Below, piece after piece: positions 24,222 through 35,600 of a DNA stretch of 63,479 bases (positions within the stretch are counted from its first letter, which is position 1; every line of letters starts with the position of its first letter). Below the pieces are notes generated by a model. It was given only the letters and a program-made list of their open reading frames with translations. It was not told the DNA's origin and made no database searches. The DNA is taken from the NCBI GenBank assembly GCA_030265395.1, contig JARFYF010000052.1, positions 120,421,817-120,485,295 on the forward strand. Direction: 5' to 3'. The DNA is from Rhina ancylostomus (lineage: Eukaryota). Both the position numbers and the translations under genes were made by a program.

Positions 24222-27200
24222 GTAAGTGTGCTAAAATGATCTTCCAATTCGTTCGCCGCCCTTGCTATCGTTGAGAGGGTGGGGAAAAGTGAAGGTAATG
24301 CATGCCTTTTGCATACATAATAGAAAATGTAATACTATACGGAGGCCCCTCGGTTTACTGTTTTATTTAAGTAGCGAGCTATAGTATTTAATTCACATTT
24401 CTTTCGTCGATGCTGGGTGTCTTAGTAATTCGCCAAAGTGCTCAGATGTATGCACATGTGCTAGGATTGAAGCAAGAGTACTGTGCCGTTAACTCGGGGG
24501 CTCGAATTTCACCTCATGGTGTGTGTTTCATGCAAATTATTGTTGAGTCATGGACTTTGAACGAATTGTGTGATGCACTATTGAGCTAGATGGTACAAGG
24601 GGTGTGACGTTATTTATTGCACATCGCGTTACGTTGAATCCTGTTTCTTTGTAATGTATCCTGTGTACAAGCTTCCCTTGAAGAAAGTTTAATTCCCCCT
24701 TTCCTTTCGGGTCCTGGATTGGTTTCATCCGACCCAAGCTCTACTGTTCATTATGGAAAACACGTTTGGTACTAGCAGTCGCTCAATGGCTCCTTTATTT
24801 ATCCTGTTGTTAATGAATATGCGATCTTAAATGAGTCCTCCAGTACTGGCATTCGTGTCCATCATTCCGCGTTTCTGGACGTGTTGGAATTTAGAAGAAA
24901 AAAAATGATAGTAGCAGTATCAGAGAATCCAGAAATATACAAAGCAGAGGGCTTTGTTAGATGTTCCAACCCAATTTATTGCTGAAGGGGTTAAATCGTC
25001 TTTGTTCCACTTTATAGTTTTCAAACCCCTGATTGAAAATTTGACGAACTCTGTGGATTGAATAGTTCTTTAGTCGAAGTGGTTGTTTTATACATCATTC
25101 TTTTCTTTCAAAATGGAGGGTTATTAAATACACCGACACCACAGAAGATGGCAGTAATGCAAAGCTTTACAGTCTCCAAGCTCTTTACAGTAAGGAAATG
25201 TCAATTTTACGGTTAGCATAACTCTCAACGACATAAAATATCATCTGGTCAGTTTGAAATGATGGTAAGGCCAGCAGCAAGAGAAAATGAAGTACAATAG
25301 TATATGAGCTGGTAAATGAATCATATGCCAGTGTTCACCAATGAGAGAATTTAAACCCGACATTCTTTAAGAATCGCGGAACTTTGAAATGCTGTAAGAG
25401 AGCCTCGTTTGCTTGGCAAGGATTTATGGAAATCGGATCAACAGTAACCAGATTAAGGGAGTACAGAATTGTTTTAGTAGGAGACAGTTCATGATCCTGA
25501 ACTGTTCAGAATCTGCTTGTTTCAATGGCTTAACTGCGTAAATCTTTAAACGCAATATGTTCAGCGCAATGTTGAAGAACTCGAGCAGATTTACAAATCA
25601 GCCCCTTCAGCTGGACAGACGACCTAGTGGTACTGGGAAGTGTTAGACTTGTGTATCCCGGTTCTATTTAGCTTGCTTGTTTGCAACAATGAAATCTCCT
25701 GTTATAAATGCCAATATATTTCGCAGTAACTTTTTGGATAATAAAATACTTTGGTACAGAAGTTTCCATCTAATGTAATGCAATTTTTTTTTGGGGGATG
25801 CACATTTTTGCTGGTGTAATGCAACTACCTGATGGTATATTATGACATTTCTATTTCGAATTTCCCTCCGTTATACTGATCCTTAGTACTGTTATCTTGC
25901 GAATGTACAGAAACACCAAAAGATGATGATAGACTCTTGCTTGGTTCAATGTTGTTGCCAAACTCTGTCAGTTGCATTTGGAAAAGACCTATGCAAACAG
26001 TCAGCGGGCAAACATGTGGAAAATTAGGGGGGTTAACTATTAGATTTGCTAACGACTTGAGCTTTATTGAGGTTAAAAACTAAAAAATGCTGGAAAAGCC
26101 CCTATTTCCAGCATCCCAGAATATTTTGATTTGATTTTCAGTTTTCCAGTGTCTGCATTTTAGACAACTGAGTGCCGAGAGGGAAAGATTTAAGACGAGA
26201 ATTCTAGAATGTAGGAGCCTTGAAAAACCCATCGCCAATGGCGAGGCAAAGGAAGAGTTGGGTGTAGGTGGATGCAGGAGTGGAGAAAATGAAATGGGTG
26301 CAGGTTCCGGCAGCACTTACAGCACAAGTAGGTCATATACAGCATGGCTGAAGTGAAAGAATAGAGGGAAACTGGACAATCCCCAATTTAAAAATACATC
26401 TAGTGCTGTGAAATGTGAATAGTTTTATTTGCCAGATTCCTAGTTACAGATTGAACTAGTTCTACAGTATTTAGATATCCACTCATAAAAAATCCTGAGG
26501 GATCTTTATTGCCAAATAAAGGAAAGGTATAATCGTGGGTCCTGAGTTAGTTGTACCAACACTGGGTGGCAAAATTAAAAATGTCTGTTCCCCGTTGGTA
26601 ATATCCTTTAACTTGTACAAAAAAAATGACAACCCCTTGGCGCGTCATTTCTCTAATTCGATTTTTTGTCCAGCGACCAACAAAGATAGAATTGTTCTTG
26701 TTTAGTGCAACCAATGGCACTCTGGGGCAAGTGAAGTCATGTTTGATTCTTTTAAAGCAACGGCCTGCAGATCTAGAACACAGCCACCGGGACGGAAGGA
26801 GGATAAAATTAGTAAGCTTTAAGGAAAAAAAAACTATTTTTAGTACCGAGTACAAAAAAAAGTTGCATTTGGGGAATCCCCGCGCAAATCAGCCCATTCG
26901 CAAGACTGATCACGTGCTTGATCTTCCGGGTGGGAAGAGGAGCTGGAACTGAAAGAAATGACTCGTAGTTATCCCGAATAATAGTTTTGGGTTACCAAAA
27001 TCAAGTATTAGCATAAGAGAAAGGGCTACATATTCTTGTCAATAGAGAACACTTGCAAGTAGTTCAGTGTGGAACTATAAGCAGCATTTGGTATCAAGTG
27101 AACGTAGGAAGCATCACATGACTCATAATTATGTTTCTATTGTCTACTACACATGAGGCAAGCAATTGGATAATTTTAAATACAGTATTAAAATGAAACC

Positions 27201-29019
27201 ACAATTGAGACATGGAACAGTACTGACGTATTTTTTCGTTATTGTCTTCGTTTTGCATATTACTTTAATGAAATCCGGGGGGGGGGGGTGGTGAACATTT
27301 AAGTACAATGGAAGAGAAAGCTTGAGGCATTCCAGATCCTTGGAAGGAAGGTTAGGTGCATTAAAGCTTTCCAGACAGGAGGCTCATCTCTGCTTTTATG
27401 TTTGCCGACACGTTGAAAGGTTTCATAAGCTTATCAACGCTGGATTCTTATAAACCCTTTGAATTGTGAAGGGCAAATCCTGACACTATGAGCCAATCTC
27501 CAGATTTTTAAAAAAGGAAGTATTAAATAGGATGTTAACCGTCATGTTAATTCTGAAATGGAGGTAAAATAAATGAGTGCCATCATGGTGGGGTCGAAAG
27601 AACAAGAATCGTTCTTAAATGGTTCTTAAAATATAGTCAACCAACCCGGAAATGACCTGCTGATCAATTCATGGAAATTAATTAAAACAAAATCTCAAAT
27701 AAGAAAAAAACCATGAAAACATAAAGCCTACAGTCCAGCAGCGGGGGGAAAAAATGGATAGTTTGTGGAACCAGGCAACTGAACAGAATGCACTTCTTTC
27801 AAAGCTATCCAGAGACATGCCCACAAGTAGCTGAGCAGACTCCAAAGTCCACCCTACCCCCAACTCTCCCGCCACCCGAGAGCAGAAAATTGTGTTTATT
27901 TAGTTTAGAAGTCAGTCGGCATTTGCCAGCTTTACAAACTGCTGCGAAAAGAGGCCAGGATTGCGAAAAGGCTGCGCCGCAGCGATTGACTAGCAATAGG
28001 CTTTTGCAGGGTAAACATAAGTCAACTTGGAACAGTTTTAGTAAATGTCATCATGCCTGAGCGATTGCGTTTTAAATACCAGCCCGACGTCGATTTGCTT
28101 TGCATTATTTGACTAGTTCTGAAATAAAATCAAAATCAAATGAAGGGAGATTCCCCAATCCCCGCCAAGACCATGCACGTCAACTGTCTTTTCATTCCCC
28201 GTTAGGAGATTCGCGGCTAGCGATCCGGTTTCCAGTTCACGTCCGCAGTCTGCAACAGCCCACTGATCAGTAATTTGCTTTCAGACTTCTGCATAGCAAT
28301 TACTGATGTAGGGCTGTGATCGAAGCGTTGTATTTGCATCGCACCAGCTTCTTTAATTTAACATATATAAAAAGTCATNNNNNNNNNNNNNNNNNNNNNN
28401 NNNNNNNNNNNNNNNNNNNNNNNNNNNNNNNNNNNNNNNNNNNNNNNNNNNNNNNNNNNNNNNNNNNNNNNNNNNNNNAAAAGTCATTTTGTAGCGAGAT
28501 GAATTCATGATAACCGCCATCGCTTCCTTTCCTCGCCGCGTTCATTTAACTGTCTGCTACCCTACACTTGTCGCTCCCAGAGTTGGTTAACTGGCGCAAC
28601 ACCGGTCAGATGAAAGGAGTCGGGCCTCATGTTGCGGGCTGGTTTGGAAGTGCTGGGGCAATTCTCTTGTATTTCTCATTATTTGGTTTCTCACTTCAGA
28701 ACTTCTGAGTGCTTTTATTGTCAGTTCCTCTCCCCGTCAACAAATGCATCACAACAAATGCTTGGCCATTTGGCTAAATGGACACCTGATGAAAGCTTTG
28801 TATGTCGATTTGGTATAACTTCATGACCTTTCATTTTATGTTTTCTGCCAACATGAATTTGTTTGGCGGCATCTACGGATATTCATTTAAAATTAAAACG
28901 TGCCGAGTGATCCGGCGTGGGTTTGATGTACACGTGCGAGGCACGAGAGTGAAAAGGGGCAATTACTCCTTCAACTTTTGTTTTCTTTTCCAAATGGATT
29001 AGGCTCCACAGATAGTGAC

Positions 29020-29680
29020 ACGCCATTGTCTCTAGGTTGACTGCCAAAACCCAGCTGGACCAGCCACATCCAGTAAGAGCAGGTCGGAGGTTGGGTGATT
29101 GCCCTTTTGGCACCCAAAACATAGTCATATCAGGAGTGTGAAGGAATGCTCTTCATTTGCTCCAACAGGAGTGTGAAGGAATGCTCTTCATTTGCTCCAA
29201 CAGGAGTGTGAAGGAATGCTCTTCATTTGCTCCAACAACCTCCCTCTCTCCCTGAGAAAAATTGACAACATTCAGGATAAAGAGATCATATGATTGGCAC
29301 TCCATTCACCACCACAAACATTTTTCTCAACCACTCTACATCACAACTGTAGTATGCATCATCTACAAGATGGAACTTGCCTATGTTACTATGATGGCAT
29401 CTCCCAAACTTCTATCACCAATAAGGCAAGCAAGTGCAAAGGAAAACCACCATCCTTAGTTCACCTTCAAGTCACATTTCATCCTGATTTGCTAATATAT
29501 TTCTATTCATTTTTTGTTGCTGGGTCTATATCCCTAATCAACAGCATTGTGAGATTACCTGAAGCAGGATTGCAGCCATTCAAAAGTGGCTTTACTACCA
29601 CCGTCTCAAGGTCAATTAGGAAGGGCAATAACTGTTGGCCTTGCCAGTGACACATCCTGAAAAATGAATGAATTAAAATG
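29020..29680 (+). mobile_element. 3' part of the same old LINE family as 16490-17660
   Basis: gctggaccagccacat...aagagcaggtcggaggttggg matches 17491-17545. The tail is caattaggaagggcaataactgttggccttgccag...aatgaatgaattaaaa. Confidence 0.6.
29131..29237. repeat. Perfect tandem repeat, 3 x 35 bp (caggagtgtgaaggaatgctcttcatttgctccaa)
   Basis: The units at 29131, 29166 and 29201 are identical. Confidence 0.97.
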
Positions 29681-32600
29681 TCACTGTCATCACCCTCTAT
29701 GTGGAAGACCCATTAGATTCCAACTGGATGTAAGAAACACTTATGTATTTACGTAGACAATTATCTGTCAATGGAGCATGCAGTAACAAGCACACATCAA
29801 TAGCATCTGCCTCTGTATCAAACAGAACTGAAGAGTATACAAATTAAATCATTAGCTCCACCATCTTTCAGAATTAGTGCTTAAATATGTTCTTCTGGCA
29901 ATAATTATAATAGCTAATGATAATAATCTCCAGCTTGTTTTGTGTTGGTCAACCAGTTAGATTTGAGCTTCTCTTCAAAACTGCTATATATATATGTAGC
30001 TATGCATTTAAATATTTAGTTTTACAATAGACAGAGTACCTTAAATGAAAACAAAATCATCCAGTGATGTCAGATATTTGTCATAAACCCAAAGGGCCAG
30101 TAAGTCTCTAGTGAATAAATTCTCTAATGACTTGTGATTTATTTTTCCATAAATTCTCCAGTCCCTATCTGCATCTCACACTCTCTATGCTGAGTGATCC
30201 TGAGAGTTTATTTAAGTCTTTCTTAAAGACATAATGGCTTAATTCTGTGGGGATCACCCATCACAGAGTGCAGTTCCCTGCCCTACAAGGTAGTTATACT
30301 GTGTTGCGTTCAAACATTGACTTTAATATGGTGGCAGTTGTAAATAGCATATAATAACAGAATTGCGGTGTGAAGATATAATGGTAATTTTCAAGAAGTA
30401 GATCTTATGAAATATTCAACAATAAATCAGTTTAAGAACATTATTGTATGAAATCCCAGTCTGTGCTTTATTTGGCGCACTATATATTCTGGATTTATGG
30501 ATTAGATTCTGCATAACTGTTGCTAATTATTGCTAATGAACATGTAACATAAAGTAACACAGTGTGAAAGAGTTGCTAACCATAATTCCCCATTAAGAAT
30601 GTGGTATTTTAAAATATGAACAGTGTTCTGAATTTCAACTTAAAGGTTTTGTATATTAATTTTAAAACTTCTTTGCTTTGTTACTGGACTGCAGATTTAT
30701 ATGCTTTTTTTCATGAAAGCATTTGTCCCTTATTTCTTTGGTTCAATACACATCCTTAAATACAAGCAGGGCTCCACTGATATTAATAGCCAGGGGGAGC
30801 TCAGTAACAATGAAAACATATAGTAGAGCTACCTCTTTTTTTCCCTTAAGGTTTCTTCGCTTTGTTTCTCTCTTTATTCTTTTTTCTTTTTCTCCTGATT
30901 AATTTATTTCTTTTTTCCCTGCAAAGGAGGCACTTAGCTATATATGGTTGGCTCTGTGACAAATACACTTTTGAATACAAGCATGCTGTCCTTGTGGCAG
31001 TGTAAAATTCTGTCTGCTTGCTGAGACAAATTGTGGTACAATCTCATTCATTATTGCTAAAGTAATAAAATCATACTGGTCCATTCCATGTAGCCAAATA
31101 AATGTTATAATCGGCCAGTCCATCTTGCAGAGCTAATGATGTCATTCTGAATACTCTTTGAACTTGCTTTGATTGCTGTGCTAACTGTATCTAAACAAAG
31201 CTTTTTAAGGGTATGAATGCACATTACTCAGTAAAGGAAAGAATATTGTAATACTCATAGTTTGTGTGACACATATTATGTGACAACATAATGTTGTCAA
31301 GCTGGAAATGCAAAATTATATTAACCCAGATGAGCAAATGGTAGAAATGTGAATGAGATTATGCAATAATCAATACAGTTATAGACAGAATGCCATACTG
31401 ATAAAAGAACCACTAGTACTGGCGGGGATACACTTTCTTAAAACTTTAGGTTGACTTGGGTCTTGAATGTCTTCTGTTACACAGATGGGGTTGTGGAATT
31501 ATGTGAACCTGGTGTTCATTGTTATTTGGAACTGCATTCATTGTATTAAACAGGATTGACTGTACCAAATGCCATCAGAAACTAAACAGTAGTGCTCTTT
31601 CCAAGGTGGAACCTAATGTTCTTCCATTACTTTATTAGTCTTCAGACTGAAATTGCCCGGAGTTCATATACCTACCATTAAATTACCAGCTGCCTTACTT
31701 TACATATATTTTTGCCAGAGGCAAGCAGCAGTCATAGACTTGCTATCCACTTCTATTGAAGTATGTCTACAGTTAGAAGTGAAAAATGAATAAAGAGAAT
31801 AATTTCACTCTGTATATATGGACTGCCAGTTTGTAACAGGAATATCAACACAATGGCAATGGTATGATATTACCAAAAGTAACAATCAAAATGCCTCCAG
31901 TTTTGTCAGCTTTGTATTTGTCACTGGATAAGTCTCCTGGTCACTGGAGGTGAACTATTATTCTTGACTCGGTGACTTTTGGCAATATAAATGCTTGGAA
32001 ATTTCTCCTGATTGGATCGATGTGGGCTCATTTCACTTGGAGAGCTCTCAAAAAGATCTGCTTCAAGTGATGAATTTTGTGTAAAACATTTAACCCTATG
32101 ATTATATTCTATGATATTTGATACTTTACAAGCTATGTGGTATCACGTTTGGCCCTTTCCTTCCAGAATATACTTTAGCTATTTTCTCAGCCAACTTCCC
32201 TTCTGTTACACAGATATTTGACCCTTATGCCACCATATTATAAACAACTTACAAGTCACACAAAAAGTGTAAAATTCATCATTGAAAGGGCACATTCCAG
32301 TAACAAACCTCCTGGATCTCTACAAAGCTGCCTGCTGTCATCTTTTCGCTTTATACTCATAAGCCATATGGTGGTGAGGCTCAGTTTTCATGGCTTCATT
32401 TCTCTATCAAGGCTTTTTCCTCGTGTCATTGCCCTTGTTTTTGGTGACACGTCTGTGATATCTGAAACAAGCTTGTAAGAGGAGTAAGTGCTTCACCTGC
32501 TTCTGAAGGCATGGAGTTTATTTTTTATTGTGCTTGATAAATCTCTTCAGTAGAAGTCCCAGAGGAGAGAAGAGGCAGGTTGTAAATAGAGAGCTCGGCT

Positions 32601-35600
32601 TAATTACATGGCTCTAGGTGCTTCAGTTGCACGAGCACTGGTGGTTTGGTGACAGGATCATTTTAGCTGGTATGAAATTATATTACATACATCTGTTCAT
32701 TTTCTATACTTGTACTAACTCATAATTTGACAGAAAAAATGGATCAATGTTATGATCACCCAAGATGTGATCACTTTTGCTTGAAGGCAAAACTTTCAGT
32801 AGGTATTGAATTATTAAGAAATTTATTTTCTCAACAAAGAGACACCTGAACAGTTTCAAATCTTGTTTTGTTTTTATTTTGAAATATTCTTCAATCACAA
32901 TTGCTGATCATGGAGGCTATCAGAACTGTTTTTAACATGATATTTTTACATTTTAAAATATTGCTCTTGTTTTGGCATGCATTTGTCGCAAATGGTTAAA
33001 ATGTTTCATAATAGTTCTTAAGCAGATGTGCCTCGGTGATTTTATCAAGCTCTGTTTCTTTTAGCCCCAAACTGGTGGAGGTCTATTTTAGTTCAACCAC
33101 AGTGGGGTATTCAAAATGGCAGAACACCTGCATAGATGGATATTTTATATCTCTGTGCTCATTTGCTGTCATTTTGTTAATGAACTGTCTATCATTGATA
33201 TTGAACTAAGCATGATTCTAGCACTTGGATAGTGCACAAAAACATCTTTATTGGGTCATTGTGCTGCTCTTGGAGTAAATTTCACACAGTGAATTACAGC
33301 TGAATAGCATCGGCATGTTAGAACATTCTGTCATGGCAACTGCATGCATATCATTGCAATTTCCTTATGTTGTCAGACANNNNNNNNNNNNNNNNNNNNN
33401 NNNNNNNNNNNNNNNNNNNNNNNNNNNNNNNNNNNNNNNNNNNNNNNNNNNNNNNNNNNNNNNNNNNNNNNNNNNNNNNNNNNNNNNNNNNNNNNNNNNN
33501 NNNNNNNNNNNNNNNNNNNNNNNNNNNNNNNNNNNNNNNNNNNNNNNNNNNNNNNNNNNNNNNNNNNNNNNNNNNNNNNNNNNNNNNNNNNNNNNNNNNN
33601 NNNNNNNNNNNNNNNNNNNNNNNNNNNNNNNNNNNNNNNNNNNNNNNNNNNNNNNNNNNNNNNNNNNNNNNNNNNNNNNNNNNNNNNNNNNNNNNNNNNN
33701 NNNNNNNNNNNNNNNNNNNNNNNNNNNNNNNNNNNNNNNNNNCCGAGATGCATCCTCCTCCAGATGGGGGAGAGCAGGACAGTCCAGGATGCAGACTTCT
33801 CCACGACTGCCGTCAATGCAGCTCTGTGAGCGGCTGGCAGGAGATGCGATTTGAGCAGGGTGCGTTGGACAATGACACTTCTCCCTCTTTCCCCTCCCTC
33901 CACACACCCTCCTAGAGAATGGAATCCCTCACTTCCACATTGCGCTTCCTCTAGGGGTCTGGTCGAGAACTGAGGAAGCCCAACCAATTGAGGCAACTGA
34001 TTTCGAGTAACAGGCAGTCCTGTGAATTTCTGGTTGGGAATGAAGCATGAAGCTGCTTGAGCTGCCTCGAATGTCCTTGGTATCTATAAAGGACAGTGTC
34101 ACCCTATGTAAACTGAAAGGTTTCTTATGGTTTTACAACGGAGTCCTCTTAAAGTTATTTCTATCTGCCAAAGGAAAGAAAATTGTAAAAGGAGTGATTA
34201 ACCTCAGTATGAGATGCAGAAGAAACTCTCACATGACAATCATAATGATAGCAAATAAAGTGAAACGCTGGTGACTTACAATTCAGTTTGTAAACACAGT
34301 ATTATCAGTGAGGCAGTGATATCATCTGCCAACAACTGGATATTTCTTCACCCTTTTTACTTTTTTGCTTGTCCTCTTCCAAATCTCTCATTCCCGCCTA
34401 TGAATTGAACTACTTTCAGATGTTGAAGCGGCAGTTGCTACTCTTGGTATCTCAACATGTTGGCTGTTCTAGAAGTGAGTTGTGACTGTAAATAACAGGA
34501 GACTGTTTGACCATGGGAGAATATCAGAGCTGAGCCTGATGATGCCCTCTCCCAAGGTCCCAAAAACATACCTTACTACAGTTACGGGATAGCAATGAAT
34601 GGAGGAACGCTATCTGATGTAGTTAACCGTCGAAGCTTTGCTAATGCCGGTTGGAATGCTTGCTTTGTTGTTCTGGTTGAGATCATCTCATTCAGCATTT
34701 ACCACCTACTAAGAGTCAAGGCTGGTATTTTCTTTGCTAGGTTCTGGGGCAGCAACATTACCAACTTAGGAAGGAGGAAATCAACCTATCTGTGTGACTT
34801 TTATCTTCAAATAAGCAAAGCTTGTACTTGGGAATGGAACAGTTCAATTTTGGGCACTCTGTGTGTTATCCCAGATCAATTTCACCATAATTAGAGGCAA
34901 ACTGAACACCTTCTAATGACATTTACAGTGTACATTACCTTTAACTTTGAAAAACAAACGTTCTTCACCAAAGCACTGCTTTTTTTTATTTTCCACATTT
35001 CTCTGGATATGGTTGCCAAACTAGTGCAGCATTCTTCTATGGGTTGCTGTTGACTGGGGATTGTTAGAAGTTGCCCAGAATAATTACACTGGATTCTTGT
35101 TGCCAGAGTAGTTTTTTTTCTTAGTCTGGGTTGGATTGAACCCAGGTGCCTGGGGTGAAGTGCCTATATCTTATGGTCCACACAAACATTGCCTCACCCA
35201 GTTCAATGTTTCAACAACAAACTGAGGCGGGGGTGGGGAGGGGGGCTGGGGGAGAGGCAGAAATGTAATACTATGGTATCAGATCATTTCATCTCATGAA
35301 GAGTTACCATGGTTCTGGAAGTTTTTGAGTGAGTTGTTCAAATATTTTAAAAGATCTGTCACTTGAATCTACCAGTGATTAAAAAAAACCTTTAATTTTT
35401 CAACATATATGAAAAAATTAAGAGTAAAATAAGGGGAAATTACTATTAGTAATTAGCATTAGTCTTATTTCACTCATAAGGTATTTGAACACAAACTAGA
35501 AATGAATTGACAACTTTTAGAATGGTATTATTAATTATTACGGTATTTTGTTGCAGTGTTAAAATCTGTAATTATATGCTATTAGTTCCTTTAGGAATTA

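Noticed and set aside
29131-29237. CRISPR-like array (35-bp repeats)
   Set aside because: The units are head-to-tail with no spacers, the context is eukaryotic, and there are no cas genes.
33315-33996. Several 160-207 aa ORFs, and similar ones at 49266 and 54928
   Set aside because: Their length comes from N-runs translated as X.
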